In this document: piece by piece, positions 18,734 through 29,000 of the stretch
Numbering within the stretch: the stretch's first letter is position 1
How the letters are laid out: the number at the start of each line of letters is the position of its first letter
Origin: an uncultured Acidobacteriota bacterium
GTDB taxonomy: Bacteria; Acidobacteriota; Thermoanaerobaculia; Multivoradales; UBA5704
Reading direction: 5' to 3'
NCBI GenBank assembly: GCA_963770895.1
Contig: CAVYRF010000002.1
Location: 4,960,001 to 5,024,000, forward strand
Length of the DNA: 64,000 nucleotides
Program-made: the position numbers and the translations under genes
The notes under the pieces: model-generated
The model's database searches: none
What the model saw: only the letters and a program-made list of their open reading frames with translations
What the model was told of the DNA's origin: nothing

Positions 18734-19326
18734 CCGTTGGCGCGGCCGGTGACGACCTGGTGGGCGCGGCGGTTTTGCGACCAGCAGCTCTCCGCGTGCT
18801 CGGTGCAGACCGGGCGCTCGGAGCCGTAGCTGAGGGTGCGCATGCGGTCGGCGTTGACGCCCAGCGAGCCGAGGTAGCTCTTGACGGCGCTGGCGCGGCG
18901 CTCGCCCAGGGCCAGGTTGTATTCGTTGGTGCCGCGCTCGTCGCAGTGGCCCTCGATCGTCAGGCTGAGACGCGGCTGCGCCTTGAGCAGGTCGGCGTTG
19001 CGCGACAGCTTGCCGCGCGAATCGTCGGACAGCGTGCTTTCGTCGAAGGCGAAGAAGACGTCGGCGCTGAAGCCGCGGCGGTGCAGCTCGTCGTTGACGA
19101 TCTGCATGTCCTGCGACATCAAGGGGTCTTCCGTCTGGTCCTGCGACGTCGCCGGTTCCCTCGGCGGTTGCACGTCGGTCGCTGCGGGGTGGGACGGCGG
19201 CGGCGCAACGGTGGTGGTTTCGACGTTCAGGTCAGCTGGCTGCGTGGCTGGCTTCTTTTTGGGGCAGCCATACAGGACGGTCAACAGCAACGGCACCAGC
19301 ACCCAGGTCAAACGCTTGCGGATCAT
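18730..19326 (-). CDS. pal: Peptidoglycan-associated lipoprotein Pal
   Basis: Lipobox LYGC; IEGHCDERGTNEYNLALGERRA; SYGSERP; WSQNRR. Confidence 0.96.
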   Translation of the reverse strand: MIRKRLTWVLVPLLLTVLYGCPKKKPATQPADLNVETTTVAPPPSHPAATDVQPPREPATSQDQTEDPLMSQDMQIVNDELHRRGFSADVFFAFDESTLSDDSRGKLSRNADLLKAQPRLSLTIEGHCDERGTNEYNLALGERRASAVKSYLGSLGVNADRMRTLSYGSERPVCTEHAESCWSQNRRAHQVVTGRANG

Positions 19327-19424
19327 GCGTTTCTCCTCTCTCGCTCACAGAGCCTCTTGCCGGCGGCAAGCCGGCCCCCTCGAATATAGCAGAGCGGCAT
19401 CGCAGGGGAGCATGCGGGCGGGCA

Positions 19425-20930
19425 TCATTTGTCGATCGTGCCGCGCGACCAGTCCGCCATGTCGTTGGCGCCGGCGTCGGTCAGCTGACGCAGATTGCCG
19501 CCGTCGCTGGCGTCGATCATGTAGAGCTGCTTGGTGCCGCTGCGGCGCGAGGTGAACACGATCTTGCGGCCGTCGGGCGAAAAGGCGGGCGATTCGTTTT
19601 CACCCAGGCCGCTGGTCAGCACCTTGGTGTCCTGCGTCGCCACCGTCACCACCGCGATCTGAAAGTGGCCGTCGCGGCGGCTGGTGTAGGTGATGCGTTC
19701 GCCGTCCGGGCTCCAGGCGGCGCCATCGTTGTAAGAGCCCTCGAACGAGATGCGGCGCTGGTCGGCGCCGTCCGAGTCCATCAGGTAGATGTGCGGATTG
19801 CCGGCGCGGCTGGAGGTGAAGGCGATCTGGTTGCCCTTGGGGCTCCACGCCGGATTGGTGTCGATGGCCGGCGAGGTGGTCAGCCGGCGGAGATTGCCGC
19901 CGCTGCGATCGCAGGTGAAGATCTCGACGTTGCCTTCGAGCGAGCGCGAGAAGACGATCTGGTTGCCGTCGGGCGAAAAGCTGGGCGAAATGTTGAGCGA
20001 TCCCGACGTCACCACCGCCCGCTTGCGGCCGGTCGCCAGGTCGGCGATGTAGACCCCTGGGTAGCCGCCCAGAAACGACGTGTAGGCGATGGCGTCGCCG
20101 CTCGGGCTCCAGGCGGGCGACATCGAGGTCGAGCGGTGGTTGGTGAGGCGGCGTTGGTTGTGACCGTCGTAATCCATGATGAAGATTTCTTTGCGGCCGT
20201 CGCCGTTGCGGTCGGAAGTAAAGGCGATCAGCGACTGGGCGATGCCGGGGGCGCCGGTCAGGTAGCGCACCACTTCGTCGGCGAAGGTGTGCGCCATGCG
20301 CCGGGCGACGGTCGTCTTGCCGCGGTAGAGCTTGGCGATGATCGCCTTGCCGCTGCCGACGTCGAGCAGGCGCGCCTCGAACACCATCTTGTCCTCTTCC
20401 GAGTGCATCTCGCCCAGCAGCACCACCTCGGCGCCCGCGGCGTGAAACACCGTCAGATCCTTGTCCGCTTCGCCGGTCAGGGTGGCCTGGCGAAACGCCT
20501 CCGCGCCCTGGATCTGGAAGTAGCCCGACATGTCCAGGTCGGCGCGCACGGTGTCCTCCACCTCGTGCGCCGCCGGTCCCTGGTTGACGGCCAGGACCGG
20601 GGTGCGGAAGGCGGGGATGGCCAGGCGGATCTTGGGCCGCTGGCCGCGGTTGAGCTCGATATTCACCTCGGAGGACAGCGGCGGGGTCGGGGCGCCGGCG
20701 CCGGGAGTGCCGGGGGAGGTCTGCGCCGGTGTCCCCGGCGCCGCGGCGGTGGCGCCCCCTGACGCGGGAGGTGCGGGTGCGGGCGCGGGGGCGGCGGCCT
20801 GGGCCGCAGCGGCGGCGCGGGCGAGCGGCACCGGGGCGGCCGCCAAGGCCAGGGCGCCGGCTGCCGCGGCGAGCACCGGCAGGCCGATTCCAACGAGGGT
20901 GCGCAGCAGCACGGGTCGTCGCGATCTCAT
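19425..20930 (-). CDS. tolB: Tol-Pal beta-propeller protein TolB
   Basis: AHTFADEV, IAFTS and six PD40-type repeats (SPAWSPSG, SPSFSPDG, NPAWSPKG...). Confidence 0.94.
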   Translation of the reverse strand: MRSRRPVLLRTLVGIGLPVLAAAAGALALAAAPVPLARAAAAAQAAAPAPAPAPPASGGATAAAPGTPAQTSPGTPGAGAPTPPLSSEVNIELNRGQRPKIRLAIPAFRTPVLAVNQGPAAHEVEDTVRADLDMSGYFQIQGAEAFRQATLTGEADKDLTVFHAAGAEVVLLGEMHSEEDKMVFEARLLDVGSGKAIIAKLYRGKTTVARRMAHTFADEVVRYLTGAPGIAQSLIAFTSDRNGDGRKEIFIMDYDGHNQRRLTNHRSTSMSPAWSPSGDAIAYTSFLGGYPGVYIADLATGRKRAVVTSGSLNISPSFSPDGNQIVFSRSLEGNVEIFTCDRSGGNLRRLTTSPAIDTNPAWSPKGNQIAFTSSRAGNPHIYLMDSDGADQRRISFEGSYNDGAAWSPDGERITYTSRRDGHFQIAVVTVATQDTKVLTSGLGENESPAFSPDGRKIVFTSRRSGTKQLYMIDASDGGNLRQLTDAGANDMADWSRGTIDK

Positions 20931-20952
20931 GGTTCCTCCAAAGCGGTGGTGG

Positions 20953-21810
20953 TCAGCGCACACTCAGGTTGACGCCCAGGGAGTTGTGACCGACGGTGTA
21001 GGCCCGCGGCAAGGGCGGAAACGGCGACGCGTTCTGCACCGCGCGCAGCGCCGCCAGGTCGAAGGTATCGAAGCCGGAGGACTGCCGCACCTGCAGGTCG
21101 GCGATGCTGCCGTCGCTCTGGATGTGGAACGAGACGATGGCGTGCACGCCGGCGCCGACCGGCGGCCGGGTCCAGTTCTGGTCGATGCGCGAAAGCAGCT
21201 GCGCGATGTAGTAGTCGTAGGTGAAGTCCGGGTTGTCCAGGGTGGTGATCGACGAGCCCACTTCGACCTTGCCGTTCACCGCCCCGGTCGCCGCGCCGGC
21301 CGGCCCGGCGGCGCCGGTGACAGGCGGCGGCGTCTTGGGCGTCAGCGCGGCCAGCTTCTGCGCCAGTACCTCGCGCGGCGGCGGCAGCGTCTTGGGCACC
21401 AGCGTCGGGTCGATGCGGTTGTCGGGTGGCGGCGGCTTCTGCGGCGCGGCCTTGGGCGGCTTGGCCGGAGCGGGGGGCTTTGGCGGCGGCGGCTGGTGCA
21501 GCACCGGGGCGTCGGAGGGCCGCGGCGGCGGCTCGGGCGGCGGCGGCTCCTGCTGGCGCGGCGGCGTCGGCTCGGGTTGGCGTTCGGCGCGGCGGCCGGG
21601 GTGCTGCTGCACCCCCAGGCGCTGCGCCGGCACCACCTGCACCGCCACGTAGTCGAGCGGCGGCGGCGGCGGTATCAGGCGCGGCAGCAGCACGATCACC
21701 GCCACGGCGCCGGCGTGCAGGAGGATGGCGGCGCCCAGGCCTAACGCTGCCTGGCTCGGGCGGGCGAGCCGTTCGCGTCGGGCGAGGACCTCATCGACGG
21801 CCGAGTCCAC
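20953..21810 (-). CDS. tolA: TolA/TonB-type energy transducer
   Basis: N-terminal TM with His (AILLHAG), Pro-rich linker, C-terminal SSG..FDLAALRAVQNASPFPPLP; position in the tol operon. Confidence 0.8.
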   Translation of the reverse strand: MDSAVDEVLARRERLARPSQAALGLGAAILLHAGAVAVIVLLPRLIPPPPPLDYVAVQVVPAQRLGVQQHPGRRAERQPEPTPPRQQEPPPPEPPPRPSDAPVLHQPPPPKPPAPAKPPKAAPQKPPPPDNRIDPTLVPKTLPPPREVLAQKLAALTPKTPPPVTGAAGPAGAATGAVNGKVEVGSSITTLDNPDFTYDYYIAQLLSRIDQNWTRPPVGAGVHAIVSFHIQSDGSIADLQVRQSSGFDTFDLAALRAVQNASPFPPLPRAYTVGHNSLGVNLSVR

Positions 21811-21813
21811 CGG

Positions 21814-22245
21814 TCAGCTCCGGCCCCCCTTGGCAGGAGGGTGTTCGGTGACCATGCCGACGTGCACGACGCCGCTGCGGTGCAGGCGGTCGAGGACTTC
21901 GATCACCCGCCCGTAGGGCACGTCGCGGTCGCCCTTGACGAAGACGGTGTCGTCTTCGCGCCCGACCAGCTGCTCCTTGACGCGGTCGGCGAGCGCGGTG
22001 AGCGACACCGGCGTGTCGCGCAGGTAGACGGTGCCCTGGCGATTGATCGAGATCACCAGCGGGTCCTGCGCCTTGAATGGCAGGTTGCGCGCGTCGGCGC
22101 GCGGCAGCGCGACCTGGATCCCCTGGTGCAGCATCGGGGTCGCCACCATGAAGATGATGAGCAGCACCAGCATGACGTCGACCAGCGGAGTGACGTTGAT
22201 GTCACCCATCACTTCGTCCTGGTCGTCGCGCAGATGGAAGGCCAT
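21814..22245 (-). CDS. tolR: TolR/ExbD
   Basis: DINVTPLVDVMLVLLIIFMVATP; KGDRDVPYG. Confidence 0.9.
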   Translation of the reverse strand: MAFHLRDDQDEVMGDINVTPLVDVMLVLLIIFMVATPMLHQGIQVALPRADARNLPFKAQDPLVISINRQGTVYLRDTPVSLTALADRVKEQLVGREDDTVFVKGDRDVPYGRVIEVLDRLHRSGVVHVGMVTEHPPAKGGRS

Positions 22246-22271
22246 GATCGGGGAGCGGCGCGGTCAGCCGG

Positions 22272-23003
22272 TCAGGTGAAGTTGCGCTCCGCCAGGTTGA
22301 GGAACTCCATCATGAAGTCCTCCATGCGCCCCTTGAGCTGGCGGTTGCTGTGGGCGAAGTAGTTGTAAGCGATCAGCGCCGGGATGGCGGCGCCCAGGCC
22401 GGCGGCGGTGTTGATCAGAGCTTCGGCGATGCCGGGAGCGACGGTCACGATCGAGGTCGAGCCGGAGCTGCCGATATCGCGGAACGCCACCATGATCCCC
22501 CACACGGTGCCGAACAGGCCGATGAACGGCGACGCCGAGGCGGTGGTGGCGAGAAACGGCGTCCACCGCGCCACGTTGCGCAGCTCGACGCCGGCCGCCC
22601 GCTCCAGGGTGCGCTCCAGTGCCGGCAGCGAGGTGATGCGGTAGCCGCCGCGCCCCGGGGCGGGCGCCGTCTCCTGCTCCTGCGTCGTCTTGATCTGGCT
22701 GTCGATCTCGGCGTATCCGGCCTGAAAGATGCCGACCAGCGGCGAATGGCGGAGGCGGTTGGCCAAGGCGTTCACTTCGCTGAAGCGGTGGCTGCGATGA
22801 AACGCTTCCAGGAACTGGCGGCTCTGGCTGGAGGCGCGGCGCACCTGCAGCGACTTGCCCAGGATGATGGCCCACGACACCAGGGAGAAGAATCCCAGGA
22901 TGGCGAGGATGAATTTGGCGATGGGGCCGGATTCGCGAAAGAAGTCCATCAGGCCTTCGGCCGGCCCGGTGGCTTGCAGGAACAGGAAGCCGATCACAGC
23001 CAT
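22272..23003 (-). CDS. tolQ: TolQ/ExbB proton channel protein
   Basis: FLATTASASPFIGLFGTVWGIM; VAPGIAEALINTAAGLGAAIPA. Confidence 0.92.
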   Translation of the reverse strand: MAVIGFLFLQATGPAEGLMDFFRESGPIAKFILAILGFFSLVSWAIILGKSLQVRRASSQSRQFLEAFHRSHRFSEVNALANRLRHSPLVGIFQAGYAEIDSQIKTTQEQETAPAPGRGGYRITSLPALERTLERAAGVELRNVARWTPFLATTASASPFIGLFGTVWGIMVAFRDIGSSGSTSIVTVAPGIAEALINTAAGLGAAIPALIAYNYFAHSNRQLKGRMEDFMMEFLNLAERNFT

Positions 23004-23240
23004 CCGCGGTCTTGCTCTCCCATGGTCACAGTGCGCGCTCCAATGCGCGCTCCGCTGCGCGCCAGCCGGTCGCGGCGCACCGTACCATGCCGCCGCCGCC
23101 GGGTCCAAGCTGTGTCATCTTGCCGTTTTGGCACAAAAACGGCGCCGTTCCACGACCCCATCTGTCGGCGAGCAAAGCTTGTGCCGGCCCGCGGCTCCCG
23201 GCGGCCGACCCGGCCCGGCCCGAGGCGACCCGCCCGGCCA

Positions 23241-23269
23241 GGCCTGACCAGATCCGATCTGATCAGGCC
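23241..23269. repeat. Near-perfect 29-bp palindrome between rne and tolQ
   Basis: GGCCTGACCAGATC-C-GATCTGATCAGGCC, one mismatch. Confidence 0.7.
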
Positions 23270-23302
23270 CCCGAAGTCGAGCCCGAGCTGAAACCGCGGG
23301 AG

Positions 23303-23470
23303 GCCAGTGTCCCGCCCAGTTGGTTCGCATGGTATTCGCTTGCCCTCCGGCCCCCTGGCGGCGTTGCGCCTCCTCGACATAAGTTTCGACTATGCCTGCG
23401 TCGGCGCGCCTAGCCAGTGGACCGGATTGCAGCGCGACTACCAAGCGAACCAACCGGGCGGGGCACTAGC
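23303..23470. ncRNA. Candidate rod-like structured RNA or palindromic element, about 168 nt
   Basis: Arms AGTGTCCCGCCCAGTTGGTTCGCATGGTATTCGC and GCGACTACCAAGCGAACCAACCGGGCGGGGCACT pair over 34 positions with 4 non-Watson-Crick pairs; inner segments also pair up to an apical loop near 23385. Confidence 0.5.
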
Positions 23471-25862
23471 GATCCGGCTCTCCATGCCCGGCGCCGACCG
23501 GCGCCGGCGCTGGGGCGGGCGACGCCGCGGGCGAGGGGGCGGCTCCTGCACCTGCCGCGGTGCCGTTGGGCTGCGCGGCAGGTCGGGCGCCTTCCGCCGG
23601 CACCGCGGGCGGTGCGGGTGATGGGGCGCCGTCGGACCCGCCGGTCGGTCGAACGTCGTGCCAAAAGGTGTGCGCCGGCGGCGGGGGGGCACCCGCGTCC
23701 GCGTGGCTCGGGGCGCCGTCGGTGGCGGCGGCGGCATCCCGGCTGTCGGGCGCATCGCCCACGGCCGCGGTGTCGCCCTGGTGGGCGCCGGTGCGCTTGT
23801 TGCGCTTGCGTCCGCCGCGCCGCCGCTTGCGACCGCGCCGCGCCTCCGCCGCCTCTTCACCTTCCGGGGTGGTGGCGCCGCCTGCACCGCTGGCGGCGAT
23901 GGATCTGCCGGTTGCCGCGGCTCTGGACGCTGCCGGGTGGTCGCCACCGCCGGACATGCCCGCGGCCGGGGGGGTGGCTGCTGCGGGGTCTGCCGCCATG
24001 GCGGCGGCAGGCCTGGCGTTGCGGCCGCCCTGGCGGGCGCCTTCGCGATTCCGCTCGCGGTCCGGCGCCGCCGTCGCGGTACCGCCTCCGGCGCCGGCGC
24101 CGGCGCCGGCGCCGCGCCGCGCCGTCTGGTCGCGCCGCCTGGGTTCCGCGGCGGGGCCGGCATCGCGGCGCCCGGCGCCGCTCCGCTCGCGGCCGCCGCG
24201 GCTGCCGCGCCGGCCTGGCCGCTGCGGGCGGCCGGTGGTGGCGGTCGGGTCGGTGTCCTCGGGGGCTTCGACGTCCGCCGGTTCTTCGGCCAGAGGGGGC
24301 GGCGGCTCCTGGCCGGTCGCCGCCAGCGTCAGGTCCCAGGGCTTGAGCGCCGCGGCGGCCGGCTTGGGCTGCGTGGTCGCAGCGGCGGCGGCGCGCTCGC
24401 GCTTGGTCCATTCGATGCGCTCGTCAGGCCGGTGCATCCCGGCGGCGGCGATCACTTCGATGTGGATGTCGAACTCCCGTTCCAGCGCGGCCATCTCCTG
24501 GCGGCGGCTGTTCTGCATCGCGTCGGCCAGCTCGGGGTGGAGGGCGATGCGCACCGCCTGCACCAGGCCCGAGGCGGCGCGCGCTTCGACGCGGCGCAGC
24601 AGGTTGAGCGTCACCATTTCCGGGCTGGCCAGGCGGCCGGTGCCGTCGCAGGTGGGGCAGGAGCGGTGGGTGCGCAGCTGCAGCGCCTGCTGGATGCGCT
24701 GGCGGTTGATCTCCAGGAGGCCGTTGGGGCTGATCCGCCCGACGGTCGAGCGCGCTTTGTCGGCCTTCATCGCGTCGCGCACCGTCTTTTCGACGCGGCG
24801 CTGGTTTCTGCTGGCGCGCATGTCGATGAAATCGACCACCACCAGGCCGCCCAGGTCGCGCATGCGCAGCTGCCGGGCCACTTCGGCCGCCGCCTCCAGG
24901 TTGGTGTTGACCGCCGTCTCTTCCTGCGTCGCGGCGCGCGTCGAGCGCCCGGAGTTGACGTCGATCGCGGTCAACGCTTCGGTGGCGTCGATGACGATCG
25001 AACCGCCGCTCGGCAGCGACACCCGGCGTTCGTAGATGCGGTCGATCTGCGGCTCCAGGTCGAAGCGGCTGAACAGAGGCAGGCGGTCTTCGTAGCGCAC
25101 CAGGTTGATCTTGGCGCGCGGCATGAACGCCTGCAGGTATGCCTCCGCCTTTTGAAAGGCGGCTTCGTCGTCCACCATCACCTCTTCGATCGAGCTGTCG
25201 AGGTGGTCGCGCAGCGCCTGCACGATCAGGTCCTGGTCGCTGTACAGCAGGCGGCTCCCCTTGCCGGTCACCGCCGCGGTCTGCACCCGCTTCCACAGCC
25301 GCAGCAGCGCCGCCAGGTCGCGGCCGATGGCGGTCTTGTTCTGGTCGAGCGCGTTGGTGCGCACGATCATGCCGCACCCTTCGGGGAGCTCCAGGTTGGC
25401 CACCAGCGCTTTGAGCTTGCGCCGCGTCTCCTCCTCCTCGACCTTGCGCGACACGCCGCGCGTATCGTCGAAGGGGGTGAGCACCAGGTAGCGGCCGGCC
25501 AGCGACAGGCTGGTGGTCAGCGACGACCCCTTCTGGCCGATGGCGTCGCGCGCCACCTGCACCACGATCGGCTTGCCGCGCTCCAGCACCTCTTCGATGC
25601 GCGGCTGACCGCGCGGCGCGTGGTAATACGCTTCGGGCACCACGTCCTGGATCGCCAGAAAGCCGTGCCGCTCGGCGCCATAATCGATGAACGCGGCGTT
25701 CAGGCTGGGCTGGATGTTGGCGATGGTGCCGCGATAAATATTGCCGCGAGTCAGGCCAGATTCCGCCACGTCCACCTGGAAGTTCTCCAGGGCCGTGTCG
25801 CGGACGATGGCGATCCGCAGCTCTTCCGGACGCTGCGCGTTGATGAGCATTCTGCGCGTCAA
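23466..25862 (-). CDS. rne: Rne/Rng family ribonuclease (RNase E-like, long disordered C-terminus)
   Basis: GNIYRGTIANIQPSLNAAFIDYG, ALTAIDVNSGR, RDLGGLVVVDFIDM, CPTCDGTG; TTG start after GGAGA. Confidence 0.92.
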   Translation of the reverse strand: MTRRMLINAQRPEELRIAIVRDTALENFQVDVAESGLTRGNIYRGTIANIQPSLNAAFIDYGAERHGFLAIQDVVPEAYYHAPRGQPRIEEVLERGKPIVVQVARDAIGQKGSSLTTSLSLAGRYLVLTPFDDTRGVSRKVEEEETRRKLKALVANLELPEGCGMIVRTNALDQNKTAIGRDLAALLRLWKRVQTAAVTGKGSRLLYSDQDLIVQALRDHLDSSIEEVMVDDEAAFQKAEAYLQAFMPRAKINLVRYEDRLPLFSRFDLEPQIDRIYERRVSLPSGGSIVIDATEALTAIDVNSGRSTRAATQEETAVNTNLEAAAEVARQLRMRDLGGLVVVDFIDMRASRNQRRVEKTVRDAMKADKARSTVGRISPNGLLEINRQRIQQALQLRTHRSCPTCDGTGRLASPEMVTLNLLRRVEARAASGLVQAVRIALHPELADAMQNSRRQEMAALEREFDIHIEVIAAAGMHRPDERIEWTKRERAAAAATTQPKPAAAALKPWDLTLAATGQEPPPPLAEEPADVEAPEDTDPTATTGRPQRPGRRGSRGGRERSGAGRRDAGPAAEPRRRDQTARRGAGAGAGAGGGTATAAPDRERNREGARQGGRNARPAAAMAADPAAATPPAAGMSGGGDHPAASRAAATGRSIAASGAGGATTPEGEEAAEARRGRKRRRGGRKRNKRTGAHQGDTAAVGDAPDSRDAAAATDGAPSHADAGAPPPPAHTFWHDVRPTGGSDGAPSPAPPAVPAEGARPAAQPNGTAAGAGAAPSPAASPAPAPAPVGAGHGEPDR

Positions 25863-26096
25863 AGGGTTCTCCGTTCGTGGCCAGATTGCCGGCGGAGCCG
25901 TGGTTCGGATCGCCCGAGGGTCGCAGGGGGCTTGCACGCAAGGGACCCCAGGCTCTGCCGCCGCAGGGAGGCACCCGGCCAGGCACACCATGGCCCCGCC
26001 GGTCGCCCTACCTGCTCATTGTGGCCCGCCAGGCCGTGCCGCCGCAACTCCGGGCCCTCGCGCCGGGGGGCGCGCAGGCCAGCGCCCCCCGCATCC

Positions 26097-29000
26097 CTAC
26101 GGCAGCCGCGCTTCCACCGTGCTGTCCGCGGGTACGTCCACCACCTGTGCGGGACCGGCGCCGCCGAGCGACACGGCATAGGCGCCCGCCGGCAGACCGC
26201 GGACCGCCGGAGCCCCGGTGCCGGCGGCGGGCGGCGCTCCCAGCTCTTGCAGCATCCATGAAAGGTTCCAGCCGTCGGTCGAGACCAGCTGCAGGAGGCC
26301 CGTCCGGGTGGAAACGACCTGGATCGCCCCATGCCCGGCGGCATCGATCGCCAGCGCCAGGCCTTGCTGGGCGGCATCCCAGGACGTCCAGGTCCCCAAC
26401 GCCCACAGGCCGCCGGCATATGCCGCCGCCCGCACCGCCGGCGGTTCGGCCCCCTCGATGCCGGCGGTCGCCTGCCCGTCGGCGCCGGTCGTCAGCAGGC
26501 GCTGGCCGAGCCCCTGCTGCTCCAGGAAGACGAACGCGCCGGCGACCGGTGCGCCGGCGGCGGTCGTCACCTGGATGGCGATCTTGGGTGCCGCGTCGTC
26601 GCTCAGCACCAGCGTGACCGGATCGAGGGCGCCGTCCGCCAGGGTCGCCGGGGCCGCCAGGGTCGTCGAAGGCGGCGGGCTCGCTGGGTCCGCCGTGTTT
26701 GCCGGGTCCGCCGAGGTCGCCGGGTCCGCCGAGGTCGCCGGGTCGGCACCCAGGTCCACCCGCAGCGGACGGCTTGACAGTGTGCCCTGCTGCGCCTGGA
26801 GGGTGGCGGTGCCCGGCGGCAGCCCGCCCAGGACGAAGCTCCCGTCGTCGCCGCTGGTCGTCAGGTCGCCGCTGGTCAGCTCGCGTACGCGGGCGCCGGC
26901 GGCCGGCTTGCCATCCTTGCCGACGACGACGCCGGTGAGCGCGAATCCCGGGAAAAGCAGATCCATGGAGAAGCTGTCCGTGTCGGGGACCACGGCGGTG
27001 ATCGAACCGTAGAGCGTGCCGCCGCGCGGCGACCACGAGACCGACCAGGTGCCAGGAGCCAGATCCCGGGTCTGGAAGGTGCCGGCGTCGTCGACCGCGA
27101 CGTCGACCTGCGGCCGGCCCAGGCCGTAGACCTGTTGCTGGCGCAGGCCCGCCGGCGAATCGAGACTGTCGATCTGCGAGTCGCCCGGCGCAAGTCCGGC
27201 GTCGGTCGATTTCCAGACCAGGGTCCCGGCGCCCCCCGAGACGCCGCCAAACTTGACCAGTCCCTGGACCGCCATGGCCTTCTTGCCGCAATCGACCTCC
27301 ATGTCGCCGGCACCGTCGGCGACCGTGACCTGCTTGTCGCACACCAGCTTGTTGGCCGCGATGACAGAGACGGTCGCCTGGCCGGCTGGGACGTTGGGCA
27401 CCACCGCTTCGCCGCCGCGCACGTCGGCCTGCAGCATGTCGGGATCGAGCCACTGATTGCCCAGGTCCACCCGCGCGGTGGCGCCCTCCAGGTCGTCGTC
27501 GGTCGTGCGCTCCGAGGGCCGTACCAGGACGTGCAGCCGCGTGCCCGCGGAAACCGTCAGGTCGCCCAGGTCGATGGTGCCGTCCGCCGCCGGGTCCTGC
27601 GGCGCGACGTCCACCTGGGCGCGGGCGAAGCCGGCGGCGTCGATGCGCAGCCGCGCGGCACCTTGCTGCAAGCCGGCCAGCAGAAACCGCCCGTCGTCCC
27701 CGGTGCTGGTCTCCAGCAGGTCGCCGTTGGCCCAGGCCATCACCGGGCCGCCGGGGCCGGGTCGGGGCAGCCAGACGCGCGCGCCCGCGACGGGCGCCGG
27801 TGCCGGCGCCGAGGATGTGCCGGCGGCGCTCACCACCCGGCCGGTGACGTCGATTCCTGGCGGAGCCTGCAGGTCGCCGAGGTCGCGCAGCTCTCCCGCC
27901 GCGCCCGGCGCCACGGTGGTGTGCAGCGTGCGCACCTGAGCGCCGCTCAGCACCAGGTCGGCCGAGGCGCCGGGAGCGAGATCGACGCTGAATCGCCCGT
28001 CGTCGTCCAGGTGCTCGTGCCGATGACAGCCCGGCAGGTCGACCCGCAACTGGCCGCTTGCGACCGGCATTGCGCCGCCATCCACGAACCGGCCGCTGAC
28101 GGTGAAGGCGCGCGGCAGCATCAGGATCGCCTTGGCCGGGAACGGTGGATTGAGGCGGGAGCGAGCGGGCTGATGGCGGGCCGCCGAGCCCACCAGTGCG
28201 ATCGGCGCTTGGGGCAGGCCGTCGAGCACCGCGGCGCCGGCACCGTCCGTGACCGCGGCAATTCCTGGGCCGGCTTCGACGCGCGCCCCCGCTACGGGGC
28301 CGCCGGCGTCCCGCACCAACACCGCCAGATGACCGCCGCGTTCCAGCGTCCGCCGGCCCACGTCATGGCTGCCCGCTGTGGCCGGCAGCTGCTCGACCAG
28401 GGGCACGTAGCCGGCTTTGTGCATGCTGAGCGCCACCTGGCCGTGCGGTACGCCGGTGACGGTCCATTCGCCGCCGGCGCCGCTGGTGGCGTGGTACCGC
28501 ATCAGCTGCGATACCCCCTGACGCGCCCACGCCTGGACTTCCACGGCGACCCCCGCGAGCGGCCTGCCGAGGGAGTCGGCGACCCGGCCCGTCAGCGCGG
28601 CGCCGTGCGACAGTTGCACGACGCGCGGCAGCGCGCTCGGCCAGCCGCGCACGACCGCCGGTTCGTAGCCTGGCTGGAACACGCCTAACGTGACCTCGCG
28701 GCCGTCCGGCAGCCCAGCCGCCGTCAGGTGGTCGCCGCCGCGAAGGCTCGCCCAAAGCCGCTGGTCGCCGGCGGTCGCCGCTTCCAGCACGGATCCGCCC
28801 ACCGGTGCGACCGGGCGTCCCCGCTCGTCCACGACCGCGACGTCCAATCCCGCCGCCGGCACGCTGGCAAGCGTCACGTTCGCAACACGGGGCGGGGCGT
28901 CCATCCACCAGCCGCCCTCTCCCGCGCCGGCAACCCGCAGCCGCCACCGGTGCACGCCGTCGACCGGCAGCACCAGCCGACCATTTGCCGGCACCTGCCA

